Of a stretch of DNA of 64,000 nt, positions 43,184 through 52,772 are shown in pieces. The stretch is from Acidobacteriota bacterium (GTDB lineage Bacteria > Acidobacteriota > Vicinamibacteria > Vicinamibacterales > UBA2999). Position numbers and translations under genes: made by a program. Numbering within the stretch: position 1 is the first letter of the stretch; each line of letters starts with the position of its first letter. The DNA lies in the NCBI GenBank assembly GCA_031376505.1, contig JANMDX010000017.1:49172-113171 (forward strand). Reading direction: 5' to 3'. The notes beneath the pieces are model-generated. The model was not told the DNA's origin, did no database searches, and worked only from the letters and a program-made list of their open reading frames with translations.

Positions 43184-43519
43184 TCAACCCAGTTCGAGCA
43201 CCGAGACGTCGGACTGCGCGTCGAACTCGACGATGTCGCCTCGGCGGCGGCGGATTAACGCGGCGATCTCCTCCGTCGTGCAGTTGCCGAGCCGAACCCA
43301 GACGAACTTGGGCGGCGCACCCCGAAGCAACACCATCCGATGGAAGTCCTCGTCCTTGCTCACGACGAGACACCCATGCTGCTGCGCCAGGGCCCAGACG
43401 AGTTCATCCGGGGCCCGCTGGTAGCCCATCGTCCTGATGTGGAGGGCCTCTGGGAAGACATCGGCCAGCACGTGGCACAGCGTCTCCGATAACTGCTCGT
43501 CGAAGAGGAGCCGCGGCAT
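43184..43519 (-). CDS. DUF5615-family PIN-like putative toxin
   Basis: Start trimmed to MPRLLFDEQLS...; pattern LVVSKDEDF. It begins 1 nt after the DUF433 gene stop, the usual DUF433/DUF5615 pairing. Confidence 0.65.
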   Translation of the reverse strand: MPRLLFDEQLSETLCHVLADVFPEALHIRTMGYQRAPDELVWALAQQHGCLVVSKDEDFHRMVLLRGAPPKFVWVRLGNCTTEEIAALIRRRRGDIVEFDAQSDVSVLELG

Positions 43520-43520
43520 G

Positions 43521-43748
43521 TCAGGCCGCCGGGGTGCTGGTGGTTCGCCGCTCGCGCTCCGCCGCATAGGCCAGGCAGGCACGGATGTCCTCAGGCGTCA
43601 GCTGCGGAAAGTCCCCCAGCACCTGGTCGATCGACATGCCCCCGGCTAAGTATCCGAGCACGTCGCCAACCGTGATACGCGTCCCGCGCACACACGGCTT
43701 GCCAAAGCGCACGGCCGGGTCGAGCACGATGCGGTCGAGAGGAACCAT
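43521..43748 (-). CDS. DUF433-family putative antitoxin
   Basis: 75 aa. DPAVRFGKPCVRGTRITVGDVLGYLAGGMSIDQVLGDFPQLTPEDIRACLAYA is the canonical DUF433 pattern. Confidence 0.8.
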   Translation of the reverse strand: MVPLDRIVLDPAVRFGKPCVRGTRITVGDVLGYLAGGMSIDQVLGDFPQLTPEDIRACLAYAAERERRTTSTPAA

Positions 43749-43797
43749 ACCCCTGAGTGTATTCCAGGGGCGCGTCTCATCGGACGTCGACCAGTGA

Positions 43798-43896
43798 TTA
43801 CCAATTGGTCACCAGCGTCAGCGGGCGCACACGCTCTGGTTCGGTCTCGATGACGGCAGCGGCCCGCGCCTCCTGCTCGAAGCGCGCCCGCCGCGC
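43798..43896 (-). pseudogene. Possible remnant of a paralogous Ser/Thr kinase gene
   Basis: It reads ...RRARFEQEARAAAVIETEPERVRPLTLVTNW*. The first part is a 40/40-nt identity to kinase codons 53-65 (42891-42930 versus 43855-43894). The ending LVTNW echoes the kinase C terminus GVITNW. No kinase domain lies between them. Confidence 0.3.
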
Positions 43897-43932
43897 TGGT
43901 GACCGCGCGGGACCTTCTGCTACGCTGCTCCC

Positions 43933-44487
43933 GTGACCGGCAAGCAGTTCTTCGACTGGCAGACGGGCGGTGGCACCAATGACGTCATGCGCCTGGTCGA
44001 CTGTCTCGAACGCGCGGACGTGCCGTGGTGCGCGATCGGGGGCGTGGCGGTGAACCATTGGGCCACGGAGCCGATGGTGACCCAGGACGTCGACTTCGTC
44101 GTCGCCGCCCAGGACATCGATCGCGCCGTGGCCATCCTCGAACAGGCTGGCTTTCGTGCCGAACGCTTCGACTGGTCCGTGAACTTCAAAGGTCAGTCCG
44201 CGGTGAGCCTGCAGTTGAGGGCCGAGGCGTTCTACCGCGATTTCCCGGCCCGCGCGGTGGCAGCGGACGTCCACGGCATCCTGCTGCGAGTGGCCTCCCT
44301 TCCCGACACGCTCGCCGGCAAGATCAAGGCGTGGTCGGAGCCGGCGCGACTGCCGAGCAAGCGCCTCAAGGACTTGACCGATATCGCCAGGCTTTGTGAG
44401 ACACATCCCGGTCTGTGGAGCACGCTGCCTGACGCGGTGAAGGTGCACGTGCCCGCGCCAGACGGACCGGGACGTCGGCGCGAATAG
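43933..44487 (+). CDS. Nucleotidyltransferase-fold protein of unknown function
   Basis: 184 aa with G/C-rich third positions. WCAIGGVAVNHWATEPMVTQDVDFVV resembles the hG(G/S)...DxD core of the minimal NTase / AbiEii-like fold. The call is tentative. Confidence 0.4.
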   Translation: MTGKQFFDWQTGGGTNDVMRLVDCLERADVPWCAIGGVAVNHWATEPMVTQDVDFVVAAQDIDRAVAILEQAGFRAERFDWSVNFKGQSAVSLQLRAEAFYRDFPARAVAADVHGILLRVASLPDTLAGKIKAWSEPARLPSKRLKDLTDIARLCETHPGLWSTLPDAVKVHVPAPDGPGRRRE

Positions 44488-44494
44488 CGTCGGT

Positions 44495-46018
44495 TCAGAG
44501 GGCCGTGTCGCGGATGTGGTCCGCGGCGCGCAAGGCCTGCGCCACGATCGTCAGGCCAGGGTTGACCGCCGCCGACGATGGGAAGAACGACGCGTCGATG
44601 ACAAACAGGTTGTCCACGTCATGGGTGCGGCAGAACTGGTCGAGCACCGACCCGCGGGGATCGGTGCCGAAGCACAGCGTGCCGCACTGGTGCGTGGTGT
44701 TGGTGGTCTTGTGCGAGTGAGTCATGACGACCCAGAAGCCGAGCCGTTTCAGCACGCGCGTGGTCTCGGCTACGAGTTGCCGATGGGGGACGAGGTTGTT
44801 TGGCTGGTAGTGCAGCACGACGCGCCCGTCCCGCCCGACCGTGACGCGATTATCCGGACTCGGCAGGTCCTCGGACATCGCCAGCCAGTCGACGCCGCGC
44901 GCCACCCACGCGTCGTAGGCCGCCGTGGGGATGCCCGGAACGATCGTGTCGCCGACGGCCTTGGCCATCACACCGTGGGTGCGTCCCTGCGACTGAATGT
45001 GGCCGAGCGGATAGTCGGCACCCGGTCCCCGGAAGTAGTAGTCGTTGATGGCCACCGTCTTCTGGAACACCGCGTCGTTCGGGCGAAACGGATGGAAGCC
45101 CTGCATCATCGTGGCCAGGTGGGCCATGTAGCGCCGGCCCACGAGTCCCGACGAGTTCGCCAGGCCGTCTGGATGGCGGTCGGTGGCCGATCGCAACAGC
45201 AGCGCCGCGGAGTTGACCGCGCCGCACGACACGACCACGAGCCCGGCCTCGACCCGCACCACCTCGCCGTCGCGCTCCACCTCCACCGCGGTGACACGCT
45301 GGCCCGACGGGTCCGTCAGCAGACGCCGCGCCGTGCTTCGAGTCCAGAGATCGACCGTGTCGTGGCGCACAGCCGGTGCGACGCAGCACACCTCGGCATC
45401 GCTCTTGGCACCCAGGCGACACGGAAAGGAGTTGCAGGTGTTACACAGCACGCAGCCACCAGCGGCGCCGGGGTTGAGCACCCCGAGCGGCAGGTGCGAA
45501 GGTTGCAGCCCCATCGCCCGCAAGTCGTCGACGATCCGCTGCACCGCGGGTGCGTGCGGCACGGGCGGATGGGGGAACGGACCACGTGGCGGATCGGTGG
45601 GATCCTCGCCGGTCGCTCCGCGCACGCCGTACAGCGCCTCCGCGCGGTCGTAGTACGGGGCAAGCGTGTCGTAGTCGATGGGCCAGGCCGGCGACACGCC
45701 GTCCAGGTGCGCCAGCTCGCCGAAGTCCTCGCGGCGCAGCCGGTAGAGCACGCTGCCCCAGAACTTCGTGTTCCCGCCAACGCAGTAGTGCGTATAGGGA
45801 TTGAACTCCACGCCGCGGTCATCGAGCCAGCGCTCGCTGGACCGGTAGCGCAGGTCCTTCCAGACCGCGCCAGGGTCCCAGTTCTCCGCTTCGCGCGGCA
45901 CATAGTCGCCACGCTCGAGCAAGAGGATCCGCGCGCCACTCGACGCCAGGGACTGGGCCACCGTGCCACCGCCCGCCCCGGAGCCGATGATGACGACGTC
46001 GTACGCCGTCGCCGTCAC
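44495..46018 (-). CDS. GMC family FAD-dependent oxidoreductase
   Basis: YDVVIIGSGAGGGTVAQSL FAD motif and C-terminal GMC signature region (NPGLTIVAQALR). GTGA overlap with the upstream gene. Confidence 0.9.
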   Translation of the reverse strand: MTATAYDVVIIGSGAGGGTVAQSLASSGARILLLERGDYVPREAENWDPGAVWKDLRYRSSERWLDDRGVEFNPYTHYCVGGNTKFWGSVLYRLRREDFGELAHLDGVSPAWPIDYDTLAPYYDRAEALYGVRGATGEDPTDPPRGPFPHPPVPHAPAVQRIVDDLRAMGLQPSHLPLGVLNPGAAGGCVLCNTCNSFPCRLGAKSDAEVCCVAPAVRHDTVDLWTRSTARRLLTDPSGQRVTAVEVERDGEVVRVEAGLVVVSCGAVNSAALLLRSATDRHPDGLANSSGLVGRRYMAHLATMMQGFHPFRPNDAVFQKTVAINDYYFRGPGADYPLGHIQSQGRTHGVMAKAVGDTIVPGIPTAAYDAWVARGVDWLAMSEDLPSPDNRVTVGRDGRVVLHYQPNNLVPHRQLVAETTRVLKRLGFWVVMTHSHKTTNTTHQCGTLCFGTDPRGSVLDQFCRTHDVDNLFVIDASFFPSSAAVNPGLTIVAQALRAADHIRDTAL

Positions 46019-47016
46019 GCCTGCACCGTCAGTGCCACGGGGCTCAGGGACGCGTAGATCTGCTCCATCAGACGCTGGTCGTCCATGGCGCGTTCGAGGC
46101 TCATCTCGGGTGCCCGCCGCTCGGCAATTGCCGCGGCGAAGTCGCGGTACATCGCCCGATAGCCGCGGATGTCGCGGAAGCCCGGGAAGTGAACGCGCGG
46201 CAGCCCTCGGCCCCGCGTGAGCACGAAGACGCCGTTGGACTCGAACGTGATGACCCCCTGCCGGCCAAAGAGCTTCGACAAGCGCAGTCCGCGAAACAAC
46301 GACGGCACCTCGCGCGAGTAGTAGAGCGCGCCGACGGCCTGGTTGTCGTACTCAAAGGCCACCATCATGCTCTTGGCGCGGCGGTCCGGGCCCTCGCGCG
46401 AGATCGACGGCCGGTAGCCGCGCACCGACACGATGCGGGGACCGAGACTACCGGCCACGTGCAGCCAATGGATACCTTCCTCGAAAAACGCATCGCCACC
46501 CGCCATCGCCTCGTCGTTGCGCCAGTCGTCGGCGGTCTTCAAGCGGTGCGCAATCGTCGTGAAGTGCGCAAAGACCATGTCGCCGATGTGACCCTCGCGC
46601 AGCAACCGGCGCAAGGTCACGGTGAGCGGCTTGTAGTGGTCGTTCTCGCCGACGAGCACAACCCGGCCGGCCAGGTCTCGCGCCTCGCGGACCGCCTCGA
46701 AGTCGGCCAGCACCGGGAAGGCGGGCTTCTCCACCAGGACGTGCTTGCCCGCCGCCAGCGCCTCGAGCACGAGCGCACGGTGAAACATGGGCGGCACGGC
46801 CACGACCACGCCGTCCACGGCCGGGTCTGCCAGCGCCTCGCGGTAGCTGCCGTATGCCGCATCGCCGCCGAACTCTCGTCGGTACGCCTCGGCCTTGGTC
46901 AGGTCGCGGCTGGCGTAGCGCGGGCGGATGGCGCCACCGAGCGCGCGCAGATGCCCGCTGTGCACGCGCGCGATGAAGCCACACCCGAGGAAGGCGAGCG
47001 TCAGCGGGGATGCCAT
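46015..47016 (-). CDS. Gfo/Idh/MocA family NAD(P)-dependent oxidoreductase
   Basis: LAFLGCGFIARVHSGHL Rossmann start and the EKP motif (HVLVEKPAF). Confidence 0.9.
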   Translation of the reverse strand: MASPLTLAFLGCGFIARVHSGHLRALGGAIRPRYASRDLTKAEAYRREFGGDAAYGSYREALADPAVDGVVVAVPPMFHRALVLEALAAGKHVLVEKPAFPVLADFEAVREARDLAGRVVLVGENDHYKPLTVTLRRLLREGHIGDMVFAHFTTIAHRLKTADDWRNDEAMAGGDAFFEEGIHWLHVAGSLGPRIVSVRGYRPSISREGPDRRAKSMMVAFEYDNQAVGALYYSREVPSLFRGLRLSKLFGRQGVITFESNGVFVLTRGRGLPRVHFPGFRDIRGYRAMYRDFAAAIAERRAPEMSLERAMDDQRLMEQIYASLSPVALTVQA

Positions 47017-47121
47017 CGGAGGAAACGGTGGGAGGCCAAGCGCTGCTCAGAAGTGTATACCGTCAGCGATGCTTGCGGGCCGGCCCGGCCTCTCGGTATG
47101 CTCACAGCCCCTGAGGAGGCC

Positions 47122-48015
47122 ATGCCAATGAAGACCGCCGCTGATTTCGATCCCGACGTGCTGATCCTGTTTGATGCCTACGTGCACGGTGCGCTTGACC
47201 GGCGGGGCTTTCTCGACAAGGCCGCGAAGTACGCGGTGGGCAGCGTCACGGCTGCCGTGCTGCTCGAGCAGCTGAGTCCGAAATTCGCCGAGGCCCAGCA
47301 GGTGGCGAAGGATGACGCGCGCCTCAAGGCCGAGTACGTCGAGCTTGCCTCGCCGCAGGGCTACGGCAAGATGCGCGGCTACCTGGTCCGCCCGGCCAAG
47401 GCGGCGGGAAAGCTTCCCGGAGTGCTGGTCGTGCACGAGAACCGCGGGCTGAATCCCCACATCGAAGACATCGCGCGGCGCGTCGCGCTCGACAACTTCG
47501 TGGCCTTCGCGCCCGACGCCTTGACGCCCCTTGGCGGGTATCCCGCCGGCGGGGAGGACGAGGCGCGGGCCTTGTTCGGCAAGCTCGAACAGCCCAAGAC
47601 ACGCGAGGACATGGTGGCGGCGGCCGGCTTCCTGAAGAACCACGCGGAGTGCACCGGCAAGATTGGGGTCGTGGGCTTCTGCTACGGCGGCGGCATCGCG
47701 AACTTCCTGCCCACACGGGTGCCAGAGATCCTCGCGGCGGTGCCGTTTTATGGGGGACCGGCGGCAGCCGACGACGTGCCCAAGATCAAAGCGCAGTTGC
47801 TCATCAACTACGCCGGCAACGACGAGCGTGTCAACGCGTCGTGGCCCGGCTACGAAACGGCGCTCAAGGCCTCCGGCATCAAGTATGAGATGCACATGTA
47901 CCCGGGCACCGAGCACGGGTTCAACAACGACACGACGCCGCGCTACAACAAGGACGCGGCCGGACAGGCGTGGACTCGCACCATCGGCCTGTTCAACGCC
48001 ACGCTCCGCACGTAG
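47122..48015 (+). CDS. Dienelactone hydrolase family protein with Tat-like signal
   Basis: Trimmed to ATG 47122; ATG 47128 is equally possible, as GAGGAGG lies at 47113-47119. RRGFLDKAA Tat-like motif, VVHENRGLN, and nucleophile region VVGFCYGGG. Confidence 0.85.
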   Translation: MPMKTAADFDPDVLILFDAYVHGALDRRGFLDKAAKYAVGSVTAAVLLEQLSPKFAEAQQVAKDDARLKAEYVELASPQGYGKMRGYLVRPAKAAGKLPGVLVVHENRGLNPHIEDIARRVALDNFVAFAPDALTPLGGYPAGGEDEARALFGKLEQPKTREDMVAAAGFLKNHAECTGKIGVVGFCYGGGIANFLPTRVPEILAAVPFYGGPAAADDVPKIKAQLLINYAGNDERVNASWPGYETALKASGIKYEMHMYPGTEHGFNNDTTPRYNKDAAGQAWTRTIGLFNATLRT

Positions 48016-48027
48016 GACCGCGCGCTA

Positions 48028-49644
48028 ATGTCTCCCGGGATCGGCGGTCAGACCTGCCGTCTGGCCGTCGCCCTCACGCTTGCCGCGCTCGCGGCGTCGA
48101 GTCCGGCAGGGGCGCAGTTCGACCCCGCACGCGTCGCGCCTGAACCTGCGGCTGTGGCCGCCCGATTCAGCGATCCAGAGGTGGCCTACGCCACCCCGGC
48201 CTTCCGCTCCGGCCGTCGCGACTTCCCTGCCCACGCCGAAGTCCTCGACTTCGTGCACGACCTGGCCGCGCGCGCGCCCGCCCACGTCCGCGTCGAGATC
48301 GTCGGCGACTCGCAACAGGGCCGCCCCATCGCGCTCATCGTCCTGGCGGGTCCTGACGGCGTGTCGGCCGCGTTGCCCACGGTGCTGGTGCTCGCGCAAC
48401 AGCACGGCAACGAACCGGCCGGCGGCGAGGCGGCCCTGGCGCTAGCCGAGCGGCTCGCAGGACCAGATGCCGCGCTGCTCGACCGCGTGAACGTGCTCGT
48501 CGTGCCCCGCGCCAATCCCGACGGCGCCGAGCGCTTCGCCCGCACCACGGTCAGCGGCACCGACGTGAACCGCGACCACCTGCTGCTGCAGACGCCCGAG
48601 GCGCGGGCTCTGGCGGGCGTGGCGCGGCGCTACCGGCCCGACGTCGTGCTCGACCTGCACGAGTTCACCGTTGGGGACCGCTGGGTGAAGAAATACGGCG
48701 TCGTCCAGAAGTACGACGCGCTCATCCAGGCCGCCACTGTCGGCAACCTCCAGCCGGCCATTGCGGCCGAAGCGGAGCGGCGCTTCGTGGCGCCCGTAGG
48801 TCGCGCGCTCGCCGAGGAGGGGCTCTCGAGCTTCGCGTATCACACGACGTCGCAGGACCCCGCCGACAAGGTCGTCTCGATGGGCGGTGTACAACCCGAC
48901 ACCGGCCGCAACGTGTACGGCCTGCGCCAGGCCATCAGCCTGCTCATCGAGACCCGCGGCGTGGGCATCGGCCGGGCGCACTTCGCGCGTCGCGTGCATA
49001 CCCACGTGCGGGCGGCCCTCACCGTGATCGGCCAGGCGGCCAGCCGCGGCCCCCGCCTGGTGGCGCTCACGCGCGCCGCCGACGTCGCGGCCGCCGCGCA
49101 GGCGTGCCTGGGCTTGCTCACAATCCGCGCCGAAGCCACCTCCGCCACGCGCGCCATGACGTTTCTCGACGCCGTCACCGGCCTCGACCGCCCCCTCGTG
49201 GTGCCGTGGCGCTCGGCCAACACGCTGCGCGTCACGGGCTCGCGCCGGCGGCCCTGTGGCTACCTGCTCGCCGCGAGCGAGACCGAGGCCGTGAGTCGGC
49301 TGCGGATGCTGGGCGTCCGGGTGCAGGCCGTGGCCCTCGACGCCCCCTGGATCGTTGAGCGATACGAGATCGTCTCGACCACGGATGGCGCTCGTCAGGA
49401 CGCGCGTGGCCCAATCGACGACGGCGCCGCCGTTCGGGTGTACGGCGTGCGCACGCGCCGTCGCCGCGAGGTCGTGCCGGCAGGCAGCTGGTATGTGGAC
49501 CTGGCGCAACCGCTTCAGGCGCTGGTCGCCGCGGCCCTCGAGCCAGACTCGCAGAACAGCTACGCGGCTAGCGCCCTCATCGACCTCAGTGCGGGCGGCC
49601 TACTTCGCGCGGCGGCGCCGCCGCCGGCCGCCGCGCTGCGCTGA
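48028..49644 (+). CDS. M14 family zinc carboxypeptidase, secreted
   Basis: Signal peptide present. Zinc motif QQHGNEPAGGEAAL (HxxE), NPDG and DLHE. Confidence 0.8.
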   Translation: MSPGIGGQTCRLAVALTLAALAASSPAGAQFDPARVAPEPAAVAARFSDPEVAYATPAFRSGRRDFPAHAEVLDFVHDLAARAPAHVRVEIVGDSQQGRPIALIVLAGPDGVSAALPTVLVLAQQHGNEPAGGEAALALAERLAGPDAALLDRVNVLVVPRANPDGAERFARTTVSGTDVNRDHLLLQTPEARALAGVARRYRPDVVLDLHEFTVGDRWVKKYGVVQKYDALIQAATVGNLQPAIAAEAERRFVAPVGRALAEEGLSSFAYHTTSQDPADKVVSMGGVQPDTGRNVYGLRQAISLLIETRGVGIGRAHFARRVHTHVRAALTVIGQAASRGPRLVALTRAADVAAAAQACLGLLTIRAEATSATRAMTFLDAVTGLDRPLVVPWRSANTLRVTGSRRRPCGYLLAASETEAVSRLRMLGVRVQAVALDAPWIVERYEIVSTTDGARQDARGPIDDGAAVRVYGVRTRRRREVVPAGSWYVDLAQPLQALVAAALEPDSQNSYAASALIDLSAGGLLRAAAPPPAAALR

Positions 49645-49710
49645 GTGGAGCGAGGCACGTTGCCAGGTCGGGGCGATGCCGCACGCAGCCTCCCTGGGTA
49701 CAATCACCGG

Positions 49711-50430
49711 ATGCCCCACCTGAACGCGCTCGGACAACTCATTGGCGACGATCTGCCGGGCTGGCAGCCCCCGCCTCGCCCGACTCGCTCCGCCATCGCC
49801 GGCCGGTGGGTGCGGCTCGCGCCCCTCAATCCCGACGCGCACGCCCGCGCCCTGTTCGAGGCCAACGCGCTCGACGCCGAGGGCCGCAACTGGACCTACC
49901 TGCCGATTGGTCCATTCGCGGCGTTTGGCGACTACGACGCCTGGCTCAGAAAGGTCGCGACAGCCGACGACCCGCTCTTTTTCACGCTCGTGGACCAGGA
50001 CCAGGAACGTCCAATCGGCGTCGCGGCGTACCTGCGCATCGACCCGGCCGCGGGATCGATCGAGGTGGGCCACATCAACTTCTCACCGCTGGCCCAGCGC
50101 AGCCGGATGGCCACTGAGGCGATGTACCAGATGATGCGGCACGCCTTCGCACTTGGCTACCGGCGCTACGAGTGGAAGTGCGACGCGTTGAACGCGCCGT
50201 CGCGGGTGGCGGCGGAGCGGTTCGGCTTCACCTACGAAGGGCTGTTCCGCCAGGCCACCGTCTACAAGGGTCGCAGCCGCGACACGGCCTGGTACTCGAT
50301 CGTCGACCACGAGTTCCCCGCCGTCGAGGCGGCGTACCAGGCCTGGCTCGCCGACGACAACTTCGACGAAGCGGGCGGCCAGCGACGGCGCCTCGCCGAC
50401 CTCGTGGCCGACGCACGACGTGCGCGCTGA
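49711..50430 (+). CDS. GNAT family N-acetyltransferase (RimJ/RimL-like)
   Basis: Trimmed to ATG 49711. IEVGHINFSPLAQRSRMATEAMYQMMRHAF...YRRYEWKCDALNAPSRVAAERFGFTYEG matches the acetyl-CoA binding core. Confidence 0.8.
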   Translation: MPHLNALGQLIGDDLPGWQPPPRPTRSAIAGRWVRLAPLNPDAHARALFEANALDAEGRNWTYLPIGPFAAFGDYDAWLRKVATADDPLFFTLVDQDQERPIGVAAYLRIDPAAGSIEVGHINFSPLAQRSRMATEAMYQMMRHAFALGYRRYEWKCDALNAPSRVAAERFGFTYEGLFRQATVYKGRSRDTAWYSIVDHEFPAVEAAYQAWLADDNFDEAGGQRRRLADLVADARRAR

Positions 50431-50512
50431 GACGCGGGGCGCGACCACGTGCGGCGAATGTCACGAGGTGTCTCGCCCTGCCCACACTGAGGGCCGGGTA
50501 TTCTACAGAGCT

Positions 50513-52717
50513 ATGCTGCGTGTGACCGGGTTCCACCCTTTTGTCCGTCTCGTCCTCGTCCTGCTCATCACCGCGTCTGGGGCCGCCGCACAGACACCCG
50601 AGGTGATGACCTCCGGCCGGCGCACGATGACGGCCGAGCGGATGCACGACGGCGAGCACGTCGTACTCGACGGCGTGCTCGACGAGCCGGTCTGGGGCCG
50701 CGCACCGGATGGCGGTGAGTTCATCATGCAGGACCCGGTGCTCGGCGGCACGCCGACCGAGCGCACCGAGGTGCGCATCGCGTTCAACCGCGACCATCTC
50801 TACATCGGCGCGACCCTGTTTGACTCGGAGCCCGACAAGCTCAAGGGCAACACGATGAAGCGCGACGAGTTCCTCAGCGCCGACGACCGGTTCATGTGGA
50901 CGATCGACACATTCCTGAACCAGCAGACTGGCTACTTCTTCGAGATGAACCCGGCGGGCCTCATGGCCGACGCATTGATGGGACCCGGCGGCACGAACGC
51001 GCGTGAGTGGGACGGCATCTGGAACGCCCGCGTGCTCCAGAGCGCCCTCGGCTGGGTGGTCGAGATCGACATCCCCTTCCGCACCCTCGCCTTCGATCCG
51101 AACGCCCCTGCCTGGGGCATCAACTTTCAACGGACGGTGCGACGGAAGAACGAGGAGCTGCTCTGGACCGGGCATCAGCGCAACCAGGGCCTGCGACGGA
51201 TGGCCACCGCCGGCCTGCTGCTGGGGCTGACCGACATCACGCAGGGCATCGGCCTCGAGTTGAAGCCCTATGCCTCTGGCAACCTCGCCGATGCGCCCGG
51301 CCGGTTGCCGGCGGTGGCCAGAAACGGCGAGGCCAACATCGGCGGCGAAGTCACGTACAACTTCACGCCGAGCCTGCGCGGCGTCGCCACGGTCAACACG
51401 GACTTCGCCGAAACCGAAGTAGACCAGCGGCTCGTCAACCTGACACGTTTCCCGTTGTTCCTCCCGGAACGTCGGACCTTCTTTCTCGACGGCGCCACCT
51501 TCTTCGACTTCCAGAACCGCGCCTTCTTCTCGCGCCGTATCGGCCTCGACGCGCGTGGACAGCCGCAGCGCATCGACGTCGGCAGCAAGGTCACCGGCCA
51601 GGCCGGCCGGCAGGACATCGGCGCGCTCTACGTGCGCACGGGCGACGACGGCGGCGCGCTCGGGGAGGACTTCCTCGTGCTGCGCGCCCGTCGCCGCCTG
51701 CTGCAGCAGTCGTATGTGGGCGCCATCTACACCGGCCGGGCCACGCGTGGCCAGGACGCGGTGGGGACGCGCCACACCCTGGGCGCCGACGTTCGCCTCG
51801 CGACCCGGTCCTTCCGCGGCAGCAAGAACCTGGAGTCGAACGCCTACCTGTTGCGTGCGCCCGATCCCCAGGGCCGCGGCCAGGACCTGTCATGGGGCGG
51901 GGCCGCCTTCTATCTGAACGACGTGTGGGAAGGGGGCCTCGGCTTCAACGAGGTGCAGCAGAACTTCGATCCGGCCGTGGGCTTCACTCCGCGTCGAGGC
52001 TTCCGCCAAATGTTCCCGTTCCTCAATTTCAGCCCGCGGCCGTTCAAGCACCCACGCATTCGCCGCTACAGCTTCGGCGTCAACACCGATCTGGTCACCG
52101 ACATGCAGAACGACTGGGTGACCCGCGCGATCAACGTCCGCCTTGGCCGGGTGGAGCTGCACACGGGCGACAGCATCGACGTGAACGCCGTGCCGTCGTT
52201 CGAGCGCCTGGAACGGGATTTCCCCATCAGCCCGGGCATCACGTTGCCGGCCGGCCAGAGCTACTCGTTCAACCGCTACAGCGTGGCACTCAACACCGCC
52301 AATCAGCGCCTCCTCGCGCTCCGGCCGAGCGTCGAGTGGGGCGGCTTCCTGTCGGGCACGCGCCGCAAGATCGGCGTCGACCTCGGCATCCGGCCACGAC
52401 CGGGGGTCACGATCAGTCTGGCCAATGAGTGGAACCACGTGGCGCTTGCCGAAGGCGCCTTCTCGACCCGTCTACACCGGGTCATCGCCGACACGCAGTT
52501 CAATCCGTTCATGTACCTGGTGAACAACGTGCAGTACGACTCGGTGAGCCGGGTGCTGGGCTGGCAGTCGCGGTTCCGCTGGATCGTCAGGCCGGGTAAC
52601 GACGTGTTCGTCGTCTACACGCACAACTGGATCGACGACGGCCTCGACCCCAACGACCGATTCCGTACGCTCGATCGGCGAGGCGCCGCCAAGGCGGTCT
52701 ATACCAAGAGATTCTGA
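50513..52717 (+). CDS. Secreted CBM9-like / DUF5916-type protein (carbohydrate-binding N-terminal domain plus beta-rich C-terminal domain)
   Basis: Trimmed to MLRVTGFHPFVRLVLVLLITASGAAAQ (signal peptide). DGVLDEPVWGRAPDGGEFIMQDP...TEVRIAFNRDHLYIGATLFDSEP matches the CBM9-like family pattern. Confidence 0.55.
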   Translation: MLRVTGFHPFVRLVLVLLITASGAAAQTPEVMTSGRRTMTAERMHDGEHVVLDGVLDEPVWGRAPDGGEFIMQDPVLGGTPTERTEVRIAFNRDHLYIGATLFDSEPDKLKGNTMKRDEFLSADDRFMWTIDTFLNQQTGYFFEMNPAGLMADALMGPGGTNAREWDGIWNARVLQSALGWVVEIDIPFRTLAFDPNAPAWGINFQRTVRRKNEELLWTGHQRNQGLRRMATAGLLLGLTDITQGIGLELKPYASGNLADAPGRLPAVARNGEANIGGEVTYNFTPSLRGVATVNTDFAETEVDQRLVNLTRFPLFLPERRTFFLDGATFFDFQNRAFFSRRIGLDARGQPQRIDVGSKVTGQAGRQDIGALYVRTGDDGGALGEDFLVLRARRRLLQQSYVGAIYTGRATRGQDAVGTRHTLGADVRLATRSFRGSKNLESNAYLLRAPDPQGRGQDLSWGGAAFYLNDVWEGGLGFNEVQQNFDPAVGFTPRRGFRQMFPFLNFSPRPFKHPRIRRYSFGVNTDLVTDMQNDWVTRAINVRLGRVELHTGDSIDVNAVPSFERLERDFPISPGITLPAGQSYSFNRYSVALNTANQRLLALRPSVEWGGFLSGTRRKIGVDLGIRPRPGVTISLANEWNHVALAEGAFSTRLHRVIADTQFNPFMYLVNNVQYDSVSRVLGWQSRFRWIVRPGNDVFVVYTHNWIDDGLDPNDRFRTLDRRGAAKAVYTKRF

Positions 52718-52718
52718 A

Positions 52719-52768
52719 TAGCGGCTAGGTTCTAGCGGCTAACTCGAGCACGCTGTCACGCTGTCACG
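52719..52768. repeat. Micro-repeat tract between convergent genes: TAGCGGC/TAGGTTC/TAGCGGC heptamers then CACGCTGT octamer x2.5
   Basis: Read directly from the sequence. The octamer is the reverse complement of the one at 25846-25868, and the heptamers match those at 35794-35880. Confidence 0.7.
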
Positions 52769-52772
52769 TTGC

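Noticed and set aside
43798-44448. 216-aa minus-strand ORF overlapping the NTase-fold gene
   Set aside because: It is antisense to a better-supported plus-strand gene. Only its last roughly 100 nt are meaningful, as a kinase-derived remnant (reported separately as a low-confidence pseudogene).
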